A DNA stretch of 64,000 nucleotides, taken from positions 1,088,001-1,152,000 of the forward strand of contig CAWGMQ010000006.1 in the NCBI GenBank assembly GCA_963823665.1, read 5' to 3'. Origin of the DNA: an uncultured Planctomycetota bacterium (GTDB lineage: Bacteria > Planctomycetota > Planctomycetia > Isosphaerales > Isosphaeraceae). Both the position numbers and the translations under genes were made by a program. Below the pieces are notes generated by a model. It searched no databases, had not been told where the DNA came from, and saw nothing but the letters and a program-made list of their open reading frames with translations. This document shows positions 12,001 through 24,565 of this stretch, piece by piece. Position 1 is the stretch's first letter. Each line of letters begins with the position of its first letter.

Positions 12001-15000
12001 AGCCGCTCAGCGACGCGTTGCTCAGGCCGCCGGACGTTGAGCTCGAGGCGACGCCGCCGTAGCCGACGACTCCGAATTCGAGGATGCCGGCCGAGCTGTC
12101 GGCGGTGTTATCCGACTGCGAAAGGAGCGATACGTTTCCAGCGGCGATGATGGTCGAGGAGGGATCGACCTGGGCGAAAACCTCTGCGTCGGCCGTTGCA
12201 GTTGGGTCGAGCGAGTTGATGGACACGACGCCCGCATCGACGCTCTTGTCGCCGCCGGCACCGGAGGCGCTTGCGGATGCATTCATGTTGGGAATGAGAA
12301 TGCCGTTGGAATCGTAGTTGTGCAGCGCGACAAGCGAGACACTGCCGCCGGTGCTGTCGACGGTCGAGCCGTTACCGATCGAGCTCTCGACCGTGGGCGA
12401 GAGGGTCGCGGTTGCCTGGACCAAGCCCAGGGCAACGACGCCGTCATCACCGCCTGAGGCAACGGTCGAGGCGCTGTCGATTGACTGTGACGTGACGGTT
12501 ACATTGCCGCTCGAGAGCACGGAGGCTGGAACGGAGTCGTTGCCGATTGACGCTTCGGTGGTGGGTGTGACGGTGGTCTTCGTTGTCACGCCCACGCCGC
12601 CGATCAAGCCTGCTTCGCCAGAAGTTCCAGTGGAAGAGCCGGAGCTTGTGCTCTGCGCGGAGACCGTGACCGTAGCGGCGCCCGTGATGGTTCCGTCCAT
12701 GTTCACCATGGTCTGGCCGGTGATCGTGGCGGTCGAGGTGCTGGTTCCGGCGCCGAGCACGCCGCCGAAGAATGAGTTTGCGGTAGAGGTCGCCTCGTTG
12801 TTCGAGATGGTTGAGAGCAAGATATTCCCGGCAGCACCGAGGCTAGAGGCGGGGCTTGCGTAGACGCTCACGGCGGCTTGGGATGTCGCACTTGGAACGG
12901 CGCCGCCCTCGCCGACGACACCGCCCGTCGGCGCGTCGGCGATCGCGGTCGCCCCTCTGCCAGTGGCGATGTTATGCCCGCCTTCGACATCGATGTCGCC
13001 GCCCGAATTGATCTCCGAGCCAGCGCCCACATACGCGTTCACAGTCGGGGAATCGGTGGCGTAGGAATAGCTCGGCCCTGCCGTGATAAGCCCGCCGCTC
13101 TCGGCGACGACGTCGGAGCCAGCGGTCGTCTCGGCGTCGGCTGTCACGCTCACTCTGCCATTGGCGCCGATGTTCGATCCACTGATCCATGCGTCAGTTT
13201 CGGGTGACGTGGTCGCACTGGCCTTGTTGTTGAGGGCGGAAAAGAGCAACCCGATCGACAGACCGTATGCATAGGCACTTGTGGCGTCGGTTCCCATGGA
13301 AGAGACAGCAACCGTGCCACCTGCGGTGATCGTGGCCCCCACGATGTCGGCCTGGGTCTTGCTCTGGACGGTGGCATTCGAGGTGACGCTGCCGTGCGAA
13401 AAGAGGCCGAAGTTGCCGCCGGTGCCGTCGATGCTCTGCGGGAGCTTGCCGCCGTTGGCCGTGGCGGAGTCATTCGACGTTGCGCTCACCGTCGCGCCGG
13501 CGTTCAAGACGATGACCGCGGCACCAATGTCGGCCTGGGTGTCGACGTTGACATCCGACTCGGCGTCGGAGCTCGCGCCGGTCTCGACGCCGGTGCCGAA
13601 GGCCTGCGCATTGGCCGTTGCCTGGTCGGTCGAAGCGGCGATGACGGACAGGCTGGCGGCTGAAATGTTCGCGCCGTCTGCAATGCCGGCCGTCTGCGTT
13701 CCGGAGATCTTGGCGGTCGGCTCGGAGGCGCCCTCTCCGACGACGATACCGGGCGAGACCTCGCTGCTCAGGGAGTTGATTGATTCGTTTGACGTCGCGC
13801 CTGCGGTGACAATGCCGGTTGACTGCACACTTGCGGCGCCAATCGACGCTGAGCCGGCGAGGGCGATTGTTCCGGTCGAAGAGCCGTAGCTGACCGCGCC
13901 CACGGCCCCTGAGCCGACCTCCGCCGAAACATTCACGATGTTGCTCGTCGTGGTTGTGACCGAGAGGTTGCCGACCGGAGCTTGCGGGGTGCCGATTGTG
14001 GCGGTGTCGCCGACCGAGGCGCTCACATTGGCCGTGACGTTGGCCGTCGTGTCCACCACGCCGACGGCGACGCCTCCGCCCGAGTAGCCTTCGCCTTCGA
14101 CCTGGTCATTTCCTTCTTGCGTGGCGGAGACCGTGACCGCGGTGGCACCGGAGCCGCGAATCACGGCGTTGTTCTGGATCTGGGCCGAGGTGTTGCTCGT
14201 GAAGTTCAGCTTGGCCACGTTGGCTTGCGCGACAACGGCTCCGCCAGCGCCTGCGATGCCGGTGATCTGGGTGGGCTGGCTGTCCTGGTCGGTGGCCTCG
14301 ACCGTGATCGGACCGCCAGAGCTGAGCTTGGCAAAGGTGCCGACGGATGCCTGGGTGTTGGTCTGGACCGTGGCCACGCCAATCGCTGCGTCGATGGCGC
14401 CCACGCCCAAGTTGCCGTCGCCAGTTGTCTGCTGAACGCTATAGGTATTATTTGCGTTGATGGTGATGGCACCGGAAGCGGAGATGCTGGCAGCCTGAGC
14501 GGCGTTCGGGGCACTGTCGATGAACGCGCCTGTCACGCGGTCGGTGCCGGCGGGCGCGGTCAAGTCGGCGTCGATGGTCGGCTGGCCGAGACCGGCGACG
14601 GTGGTGCCGGCCTGGTTGGCGGCGGGGGCAGTGCCGCTTGATTCGTAATTGATCGCGGTCGTGAGGCTGGGCGTCTGGATGTTGGCGTCGGTTTGCTGGA
14701 GCAAGTCGGTGCCGCCGCCGGGAGCGGTGAACTGATTCTCGGCGGTCGGGTCGGTGCTGGCGCTCAGGCTGATGACAGAGATGGCGCCTGAGAGTGCCGC
14801 GACGCCGCCGCTGAAGGAGACGACTTCGGAATCGATTGTGCGGTTGGAGGTCGCGGTGACGTTCACAGCTCCGTCGGAGGTGATCTGGGTCTGGGGAAAG
14901 ACTTGAGCGACGGTGCGATTGCGGACTGCGCCCACGTCGATGGCGGCGCCGGCGCCGACCGCGCCGGCCGCGATGCTGCCGGTGTGGCCGTTCAACGTCA

Positions 15001-18000
15001 CATAATCACTGGCGCTGATGGTGATGCCGCCGCTCTGCGGACCGCCGTCCTGATCGAGGATCGCCGGGCTCGTGCCGTTCTCGACGTCGGCTTCCGTGGT
15101 TGTCTGGATCGTGTCAACGGAGACGGCGCCGGCCAGCGCGATGGCCGCCGCGCTAATCGTTCCGGTGTAGGGATTGATCGTCTCGATGCTCGTTGCCATG
15201 ACGTTGATCGAGCCGGCGGCCGTCATATCGCCGCCGAAGACCTGCGCCAGGACGGTATTCTCGATGGTGTTCACGCTCACTGAGCCGGCCACGCCGACCG
15301 CGGAACCGGCCAAAGCGCCGACCGAGGGGTCAATCTCGGCGTTGTCGTAGGCCTCTACCGCCGCTTCGCCTCGCGAGAAGATGGAGGAATCGCGCACGAA
15401 CGCGACCGTGCCGGTGCTGATCGTGGTGACGGCAACGGAGCCGGCGACGGCGATCACGCCGCCGGTTGAGCCGACGACGTCGACTTCGAACTGCTCGCTG
15501 CTGGCCGCGCTCACTTGAACCGATGATCCAAAGACGACCGACGGCTGAGTGGGATAAGGGTCTGTTCCGGTGCCATTGCTGCTGGAGATGAAGGCGCAAG
15601 TCTCGCTGGTGTCGTCGGTGCGCGCCACGGCCCCACCGACCCCGACAACGCCGCCGCTGAGGGAACCGGGTATAATCTTCATATAATCATACGAATTGGA
15701 CTGAACGAATACGCCGCCCTCTTCTTGTGCGCTTGAGTTGACGTGCGAGCTGGCGATGTAGGCCTGTGTAATGTTGCTCAAGCCCGTGACGACCACGCAA
15801 CCGCCGATGCCGGCTAGACCGACGGCGAGATTGACGGCGAAGACCGATGCATCGAGCCCATTGGTATTGGGGGTTTCGGTGGAGCTGGCTACGACGGCCA
15901 GCCCCTTGAAGTTTTCGACATTCTGGCTGCCGCTGCCCGGGTCGGTGTAATCGAGCTGGAAGGATGGCCCCTGCCCGGCGGCGGTGACGGTGGATCCGTC
16001 CACGTAGGCAAGCGTGGTGTCGGCGATCGTATTGATGACGACTGTGCCGCCGATGCCGGCGGCGCCGGCGGCCAGGGTACCGGCGATGACTTGCAGGATA
16101 TCGGTCGATTGGGCGCTCACCAGAATGTTGGCGAAGGCGTTCACGATCGAGCCGACGATAAATGCGGTCACGCCCGACTGGAGCACGTTGACGGCCACGC
16201 TGCCGGCGATGCCGGCGAGGCCACCGCTCAAGCCCGCGGCTGAGGTGTACATCGACGGGGTTGAAATGGCATTGATGTAGACGCTGCCGCCGGTGGAGGT
16301 GACATTCGACGACGAAATATAGGCAGTGATCGTGTTGGCGATCTCGTTGTAGGAGACGGCGGCGCCGATACCCGTCGCGCCGGCAACGGACGCCTGGCCG
16401 GTGAGCGAGCTGTTTGACGAGGTGTCTTGCGCGGTGATCGAGATATCGCCGGTGGAGACGACTGTCGTTCCGCCGGCGATGTGGGCGTCGACGTTATCGG
16501 TGATGTCGTTGATGCCGACGCCGCCGGCGATGGCCACGCTGCCGCCTCCGGCGGCGCCCAGGCTGGCAACCTCGAGCGTCGCGGTCTCGGTGGCGGTTTC
16601 GGTGAGGGAGCCGGTCTGGATCATCGAACCGCCATCGATGTAGGCCTTCACGACGTCGCTAATGTCATTCGTGGCGATGCCGGCGGAAATGGCCGCTGTG
16701 CCGGAGCCGTCCAAGGCGCCTGCTCCTGCGGTGATCGAGGGGGTATCGGTTGCCGTGAGGGAGAGCCCCTGTGATGCCGTGACCGTGGCGCCGCCCGTGA
16801 TGTAGGACTCGGTCGTGTCGTCAATCGTGTCCAGGCCGATGGCTCCCCCGAGGGAGAACGTCCCTGACCCGGCGCCGCCGATGGTCAGGGTTTCGATCGA
16901 CGCCGTCGAGATCGCGCCCAAGGTCACGGCGCTTGAGGTCACGGTCGAACCATCGATGTGACTTTCCGTCTTGTCGCCGATCGTGTTGGTTGCGATCGCA
17001 GCGCCGACAGCGGCCTGGCCCGAGCCGGCGATACCGCCGGCGATCGCCTCGATCGTCGGATTGTCGCCCGAGGAGAGCGTGACGGAATTCGCCGCGGTCA
17101 CGTTTGAGCCGCCGGTGATTTCGGCGTCGTTCGTGTTGTTCACGTTATTGGTCGAGACGGCACCGCCGAGCGCGAAGGTCTGCGCTCCGGCACCGCCGAC
17201 TGTGATGCTCAGGATGCCGCCGGAAACGTTGTCGCCGGTCAGAGCCACCGCGCCCGCCGAGGGGACGGTCGAATCGTCGATTGTGGCGCCGGCGGTGTCG
17301 TTGACCGTGTTGGTAGCGACCGCGGCGCCGATGCCGGCGCGGCCGCCGTACGCGAGAGATCCCGAGATTGCGAATATGTAATTGTTATCCGTTCCGGTCA
17401 GCGTGACGTTATTGGTGCCGGCCGTGATGACCGAGTTGTCCATGATCTCGGCGGTTGTACTGATGCCGATCGAATTGATGCTGACCTGGCCGGCGATCGC
17501 GATGCCTTGACCAGACGTGACGAGCGAGCCGCTAGCGGAAAGGGAATAGGTTTCTCCGGTGGTCGCGGCGTCAACCGTCAGATTGCCGGTCGTCAAGGTG
17601 ACGCTCGCGTTGTCGAGGAAGGAGCTGGTTGCGCCTCCGATGGAGTTTTGAGTGTATGAGCCGGCAATGCCTGAGGACGTGCTTTTATTAAACACCAGCG
17701 CGAACGAGCCGCTGATGGCGATGAACTCGGTCTTGTTTGCCGAATTGACATTCACAGCAGGGGCGGTCACCACGGCATTGTGCAGATATGCAAGCGTCGT
17801 GTCGGTGACCTGGTCGTAGGAAACGTCGCCCGAGATGCCGACGCCATAGGAGCTGTTTGAGCCGGCGCTCGAGCCGGGTGCGACCTTGGAGGCAGCGAGC
17901 GCGCCGGTGTTGACGAAGCCGTTGTTCTGCGCGTCGACGATGATGGGGCCGCCGGAGTGCACCGTGGCGACGCTGCCGTTGCCTGAGGAGGTGCTCGGGT

Positions 18001-21000
18001 CGCCGATGTAGGCCTCGGTGTCGCGAGTCACGGTGTTCACGTCAACGGAGGCGCCGACGCCTGAGTTGGTGCCGGCCATGATCCCGCCCGCGTAATTGAA
18101 CAGGTCGAGCAGGTCGTGCGCCTGGACGATCGTGCTCGCATTGACGGTGTCGGTCGGATTTCCCGAGGAGTCGGTTCCCTTCGTTCCGGACAATTCATTG
18201 TTCAGGATCGCATCGGTCGTGAACGCAGGGATGGTGTTCGGCGGCGTGGTCGGAAGGGGTTCGACGACGTCGTTTGAGCCGACGTCAATCGTGGCGCCCG
18301 AGGCGATCTGGGCGAGGGTCGTGTCGTTCACATCCACCACGCTCAAGACGCCGATGAAGCCGAAATTATTGGAGGTGCCGCCGGAGATCATGATCGAGAA
18401 GTTGAAGACGGCGGTCTCGGCGTCGACATCCAGACTGTTGGCAAAGAGATTCACGCCGGAGTTGATGGTTGCGGTGACGTCGTCAGTGTAAAGCACGAGT
18501 ACGAACGCGGCTCCGACCGACGCATCCGAAGCCTGGACGCCAGCGCCCGGCTTGTTCAGGCCGATCTGGTATTCCATGTTGCTGCCCGAGAGGCCGGGCG
18601 TTTGAACGCTGCCGCCGGCGTTCAAAGAGGAATTGGTGCCGGTGGCCAGCACAAAGACGCTTTGCGTTCCAGTGCGGTAGGTCGGGTCGGTATCCTGGTT
18701 GATCTGGGCCCCGGAGGCGATGGACGCGTTGCTTGTCTGGTTCAAGATCTCGCAGGTGAACGAGCCCGCGACGGCCACCGGGGTATTACCATTCGTGCTC
18801 GTCGACTGGCTCCAGGTGTCGAACAGGTTATTATCTTGGCCGAAGCTGTTATCGAGATACGTGTTGAAGTTTCTGAGGAAACTGAGTCCCCTGTATTCCC
18901 ATCCGGGACCGAGATCGGTCCAGAGGCTGGTGTTCGTGTAGTTCTCGGTGGTGAGGTTGGCGTTCGGGAGCGTCCCGCCCAGGTATTGATACCAGTCACC
19001 CGCGTTGCCCATTTCACTGCCGCCGGGTCCGTTCTCGACGATGTCGTTGGGATTGAGCGTGACGTCGGTTGAGCCGGGCTGGCCGGCTACGAAGGTCGGG
19101 TTTTGCGCGATCGCCGTGTAGAGATTCACGCCGTAGCTGTACTGAAAGTCATTGAGCGCCTCGGAAGTGACGGCGAGCGTCTGCCCGACATCGACCGTGG
19201 CGCCTGAGCTGATCGTGGAGGTGGCGGTGTTGGTGTAGTCGCCGTAGGCCAGCGCCGCCGAGCCGTCGAAATCGAAGTTGCTGTTGGTCCCGCCGCTGCC
19301 GGTTCCGCTCGACGGCTGGCTGACGCCGGAGCTGGCCAGGACGTTGGGCCGATCGTTGGTGTTGGCGTCCAGGCTCAAGTTGCCGGCGACCCGCATGAGC
19401 GCGTCTGTGCCGATCGAGGCAGAGGCTGTGTTTGTTTCAACGTCGATGGCGACCGCGGCCGTGGCCTGGGCGTTGAGCGGTATCTGTGCGGCCGGCCCGC
19501 CTTTCGATCGCAAGAGGGGGATCAAGTTCGTGAGAAACGGTCCGACTACACTCAGGACGGCGCTGGTTGTTGCGCCTTGCAGATTCGTCAGCAAGTCTCC
19601 GGAGTCGTCGGTGCCGACGCCCGTGTTGACTGCGACGCCGGTAAAGAGGTTGGGGAGGAAGAAGAGCTTGGTTCCGTCGAAGCCGTTCTTGGTCTCGCTC
19701 GCTTGAATGAGCGCGTCGCCGCCGACCTGCGCGGAGCCGTTCATCTGGGCGGTCGTGTTGTCGGTGGTCGAGGCGATGGCGACGCCGACGCCGATGTTGC
19801 CGTTGTCACCCGTGGTGGTGACGGCCTGTAGCGCTTTGTTGTTGGTCGTATTGGCCTGAATGGTGAGGTCGCCGCCTGAGCGAATCTGCGCTGTGTTGGT
19901 CGCGATGGCAGAAGCGGTCGATTCTTCGTATCCGATGGCGATGGCCGCGCCGGCGCCGGCCGCATTGCCGCCGGCGTTGGCAATCGCGCTCAAGGTATTG
20001 ACCGCGCCTGCGTCCAGGGTGGTGTCGCCGGTGGTGTTGATTTTGCCGGACGCGGTCAGCGTTGCGGCCGTCTCATCGATTGAGAGCGCAACGCCGAGCT
20101 TGATCGCGATGGGCTTGGTCTCTGAGTCCGAGTTCGCAAGCGCCATGGCGTCGAAGCTGGTTCCGACAATCGAGCTGTCGGGGCCAAGGTTGATCGTCGC
20201 GTCTGCGGTGGATTCCGCCAGGCCGCCCAGAATGGTCAAGTTGTCAATGAAATTGATGCCCGTCTGGATCGTCGTTGGGGTGGACGTGTTGACGTCGGTG
20301 GTGGCGTGCAGGCTTTCGGCGGAACAATTGAACGTGATCGCGCCGCCATACATGCCGCACTGGTTGACGTCGATGCTGGTCGCGGTTTCGTCGAGCTTGG
20401 GAATGACGGGGAAATTATAGCCTTCCCCGCTGCCGGCGCCGGCCATCTCGACCGCGGTCATGGTGATCGTGCCGGGGGTGAACAGAGTGGGGTACTGAGA
20501 GAACGACACGACCTGGCTGTAGAAGTTCGTCGTCTGAATCGGCGGGCCCTGCGCCGGCTCGGTCGTGCTGGTGCCGAGCGTGATGTTGAAACCGGTGAAG
20601 GCGATGTTGCCCGAGCTGCCGATGGACTGGTCGGTCACGGGGTTGTCGGGGACGGAGAAGGTATCGCGGGTGGAGATGGTCTCCGGGACGCCGACGTCGT
20701 TGACGATGATGGTGTCGGCGTAGACGGTCAGGTTGCCGCCGTCGGTAAAGATACTGCCGTTGTTCAGCCTGACCACTCCTAACAAGCCGGGGTTATAGAT
20801 CACGGACGGATTGTTGATTGTGATGTTTCCGCCCATGCTGTTGATGGTTCCTTGAAGCGCGAGATTGTCGCCATTGAAATTCAATGGGGCGTTGAACTCG
20901 GTGATGTTGCCCAAGATCACGCCGGCGTCGTTGGGGAAGTTGAATGTGTCGGCTACATTACCGCCGATACAGTTCGTCACGTCGGTGAAACTGAAGATTC

Positions 21001-21430
21001 CGACGGTCCCCTGATCTGAGCCGGTGATGGTCCAGGTGTTCGCCTGAATCAGTGGAGCTTCCAGAGTGGTGACCGCCTGGCCGATGATGGTGCCGCTTGT
21101 CAGATTCGGCAGTGCACCCGTGTTGAGCTGGGTGAGATCGATCGTTCCACCGCCGGGGCCGGCGGTAATGGAAAGCTGGGTGACGGCGGCAAGCGGGAGG
21201 GGACCGGTGTTGGGATTGGCGGTGTTCACCAGGACCACGCCGTTGCCGATTTCAATCTGAATGTTGTCGGCGGCGTTCGAGCTGATGGAGAGCAAGCCGG
21301 TGCTGGCGTTGAACGTCGAGGTGACGGTGAGTAGTGTTCGTTTTTCCAGGCTGTCAAACTCGAGCCGGCGGGGCAGCGCCAGCGCATCACGGCTACGGCG
21401 TCCGCGGCGGCGCCCCCCTCGGCGAGACAT
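1..21430 (-). CDS. Giant exported adhesin-like protein, >7,100 aa, 3' end beyond the window, interrupted by about 10 single-base indels (probably sequencing errors)
   Basis: ORFs 7328..21631, 6330..7337, 5096..6541, 5475..6134, 4999..5733, 1866..5129 and an open frame from 1867 to base 1 (NNLIYANSSRGILAES...) join into one protein-like sequence after 1-bp corrections. N-terminal RRLEFDSLEKRTLL motif at 21329-21370. Long GA/GS-rich beta-helix-type repeats (about 10.5-20.3 kb), GxGNDT RTX-like repeats (about 6.7-9 kb), W..LG..A.SG.GIS propeller-like repeats (about 5.4-6.6 kb), then repeated beta-helix modules. The start codon is uncertain. Confidence 0.85.
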
Positions 21431-21852
21431 GTTGAAAGACAGCCCCAAGCAGTTGGCGCCATGTTGCCATCTCCTCAAAGCGCATTGCAGCACCGGACGC
21501 TGCCGCGCGGTGTTAATCGTTCGGGAGCGCTGCGCGAGCAGTCTTTTCGGGAGCTCTTCGGAACGGTGTTTCGCAGACAGATTTCGAGCGTCCCGATCAC
21601 CAATGCGCCATCGGGGGACAAAATCCCCCAAAGATTCTTGAAAAACTATTCGAGACGGTTGTGAACGGACAACGACGTCGTTGTGCGTGCTTGCACAGCT
21701 TCATGCTCTGAACGCCAGCGGCGCCACGCGGTTAAGAGATGTTGCGAAGCGGCGCGCGCGGATACACCGCAGAGCATGCCGGCCGGACCGTTCTCGTCAG
21801 CGATGAGCTACGTCGAGGTCGTACGGCCGCTGTGAATTCAATGCGACTTCGT

Positions 21853-23115
21853 TCAAGATCGCCGCAATAACGGCAGCGGCGCGAACCCCTTGCCCACAAT
21901 CGGCTCGGCGGCACAGCCGAGCCAGTCGCCTGCCAGGCTTGCGTACACTCGCCGGAAGTCGGTGTGATGCTTCAAATCACCGTCGTCCAGATCGTCGAAG
22001 CTGGGATGTGCACCAACAAGTCCAGCATTCGCGACCGGCCCGACCAGGAACAGCGGCGCGGCCGCGCCGTGGTCGGTGCCCCCGGATGCGTTCTCCAGAA
22101 CCCGGCGTCCGAACTCACTGAATGTCAAGAGCGCCACGCGGTCACCGTGGCCCGCCGTGCTCAGATCGTCGTGAAACGCGCCGATCGAATCAGAAAGCTC
22201 AAGCAGCAAGGCAGCATGAGTTCCAAGCTGGTTGGCATGCGTGTCAAACCCATCGAGCGATGTGTAGAAGATTCGCGTGCCGAAATCCGCCTTGATGATC
22301 TGGGCAATCAACTCCAGCCGCTTCGCCAGCCCGTAGTTCGGATACTTGGCGCCCCCCTGCCCGCGCTTGGCAAGCTGCTCAAGGCGGCTGCTTGACTCAT
22401 AGGCCGAAAGCGTCGTCCGGCTGATGAAGCCCAGGAGCGGGTCGTCGCTACGGCGCTCCATCGCGGCGAGCTTGTTGAGCGCACCGCGCTCTGCTTGCTT
22501 CTCGGCGTCGGTGCCCGCGAGCTGAAGCTTGTAGCTCTCCAGGCTCTCGACCGACGGAACCCCCGTCTTCTTCGCTCGAAGCGCCAGCGGCAGCGACCGG
22601 TTGCCGATATGCAGCCCGGGAGGATCTTGCCCGGGCTTGCCGCTGCCGGCCGCTGAGTCGAGCGTTCGGCCCAACCAGCCGGTTTCAAGAGCTTTGGCGT
22701 CGTTTTCCAGGCGCCCTGATTCCCAGATCTCCATCGAGCGGAAGTGCGAGCGGTCGGGGTTGGGATAGCCCACGCCCTGAATCACTGCCAGCCGCTTGTT
22801 CTCGAGCAGCTTGGCCATCGCACCCATCGACGGGTGTAGACCGATTTCGGGCGTGATCTTCTGGATTTGCCCACTCGAGAGCCGCAGCAGCCTACGCCCG
22901 CGGTTGTAGCCTTCGATTCCGTGCGGCACGACGGTGTTCAGCCCGTCGTTACCCCCCAGAAGCTGAATGATGACCAGGATGCGCTCGTTCGACTTCGCGC
23001 CTCGAGCTGCGAGTGCCGAGCGGCTCAGAAACGTGGGAACCGTGCTCCCGCCGAGCGCCACGAGGGTGCTTGAGGCGAGCGAGGTGTTCAAGAATCGTCG
23101 ACGGCTCCAGGTCAT
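21853..23115 (-). CDS. DUF1501 family protein with Tat signal
   Basis: SRRRFL Tat motif, GGNDGLNTVVP, PDRSHFRS, GFDTHANQ, SEFGRR..ENASGGTDHG and DFRRVYA motifs. Confidence 0.93.
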   Translation of the reverse strand: MTWSRRRFLNTSLASSTLVALGGSTVPTFLSRSALAARGAKSNERILVIIQLLGGNDGLNTVVPHGIEGYNRGRRLLRLSSGQIQKITPEIGLHPSMGAMAKLLENKRLAVIQGVGYPNPDRSHFRSMEIWESGRLENDAKALETGWLGRTLDSAAGSGKPGQDPPGLHIGNRSLPLALRAKKTGVPSVESLESYKLQLAGTDAEKQAERGALNKLAAMERRSDDPLLGFISRTTLSAYESSSRLEQLAKRGQGGAKYPNYGLAKRLELIAQIIKADFGTRIFYTSLDGFDTHANQLGTHAALLLELSDSIGAFHDDLSTAGHGDRVALLTFSEFGRRVLENASGGTDHGAAAPLFLVGPVANAGLVGAHPSFDDLDDGDLKHHTDFRRVYASLAGDWLGCAAEPIVGKGFAPLPLLRRS

Positions 23116-23130
23116 TTGAAGGCTCCTTTT

Positions 23131-24537
23131 TTATCCAACTTGGTATTCCGGTGATGTCAAAATGAGCCTTACGACCTCCCGCGCGGCTTGCTCGTCGCTC
23201 ATGTTTTTTGCCGACGCCGCTTGCTCGATCTGCTGCCGGGCTTTGGGCTCCAGGGCATCTTGCAACAACAAGTCAATGAAGAATCCGGCGAGGTCGTTGC
23301 GGCGGCCGGAGCCGCGAGTGCCGGCCAGACCCCAGGGGTTGCACCGGCCGCCCAGAGGCGTGTCGCCTTCGGCAAGCAAACCCAGGGCGAGGTTGGCTCG
23401 CGCGAGCATGGCAGTGGAGTTGATCCAGCCGGGCCCGCCGTCCCAGCCCGCAACCGAGGGCGGAGCAAACAGGCTCTGGCCCATGCGCTCGCAAGATTCC
23501 GCCAGCGCCGCGGTCGCAACCGTGGGGTTCAAGATCTCAAGCGAGCGAATCGTGCCGATCGCGAATTCGACCGGCGACTTCACCCGCCGCCGCTGCACGC
23601 TCGCGTCAAAGAACAGATTCGATCGCAGGATCATCTCGACGGGTTTTTCGATCTGGTAACCCGAATCTCGCAGCACCGCGGCGAGCGGTGCAAGAAGGGC
23701 GTCTGAGGGAGCATCGGTCTCACTGATAAAATGACGGAACAGCTTGCGGCAGATGAAGAGTGCACACGCGGGCTGCTTGAGCAGAATGCCGGGAACAGCG
23801 TCGCCGTCGAAGTTTCCGGTCTGGCCCAGGATTGACTTGGGCCCTCCATCGTGCTGCCGGGGAACCTCCTCGAACTGGTCGCGGACGACGAACCATCCGG
23901 TGAACGCCCGCGCGGCTTCCCGGATGTCCTTCTCCGTGTAGTGCCCCCGCCCCAGCGTGAAGAGCTCCATCACCTCGCGGGCGTAGTTCTCGTTCGGCTT
24001 CGCCTTTCGGTTGATCGTCGAATCGAGCCAGATGAGCATCGCCGGGTCTTTGCCGATCGCCCTAACCAGGGCGCGAAAATCTCCCAGCGCGTCCGCCCGG
24101 AACAGGTCGTTCTGGCGCTGCATGAGCAGCGGGCTCTGGACCTTGATGTTCGAGGTGGCGAAGTGATTGTGCCAGAAAAGCGTCATCCGCTCGCGAAGGG
24201 GATGCGGCGTGAAGATCATCCGGTAGAGCCAGATCGCCTGGATTCGCGCCAGGTCGGCCGATGGGGCGAGCTGACTGGCCATCGCCGCCAGCGTTAGCTC
24301 GAGCTCCGAAGCGTCTGTGCCGGCAGCGCTCTTCGCCTCGCCTTTCAAGAGCCGATCGATGCTTTCGGAGGGACCCGCAGAAAGGTCGCGCTTGAGCACG
24401 CCCCAGCTCGGCGCGAACGCGGCGCGGCGATGAAGGTGGGCAACGGTCGCAATCGTCCAGGGCCGCGTTCGCGACGGCTCGAACGGCTTCCATGCCCACT
24501 GCGGGTCAAAAGGCTCACGTGTCTGCGCGGCTCTCAT
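23131..24537 (-). CDS. DUF1800 family protein
   Basis: LRERMTLFWHNHFATS, PNENYAREVMELFTLG, PPSVAGW and terminal SPEYQ motifs; directly upstream of DUF1501. Confidence 0.93.
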   Translation of the reverse strand: MRAAQTREPFDPQWAWKPFEPSRTRPWTIATVAHLHRRAAFAPSWGVLKRDLSAGPSESIDRLLKGEAKSAAGTDASELELTLAAMASQLAPSADLARIQAIWLYRMIFTPHPLRERMTLFWHNHFATSNIKVQSPLLMQRQNDLFRADALGDFRALVRAIGKDPAMLIWLDSTINRKAKPNENYAREVMELFTLGRGHYTEKDIREAARAFTGWFVVRDQFEEVPRQHDGGPKSILGQTGNFDGDAVPGILLKQPACALFICRKLFRHFISETDAPSDALLAPLAAVLRDSGYQIEKPVEMILRSNLFFDASVQRRRVKSPVEFAIGTIRSLEILNPTVATAALAESCERMGQSLFAPPSVAGWDGGPGWINSTAMLARANLALGLLAEGDTPLGGRCNPWGLAGTRGSGRRNDLAGFFIDLLLQDALEPKARQQIEQAASAKNMSDEQAAREVVRLILTSPEYQVG

Positions 24538-24565
24538 CGGGGCGCCAGCCTCCGGGGTCGATCCG

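Noticed and set aside
359..21260. Many plus-strand ORFs, e.g. 3369..4889, 9189..10082, 13982..14641
   Set aside because: Antisense shadows of the giant minus-strand gene caused by GC-rich codon bias; no recognisable motifs
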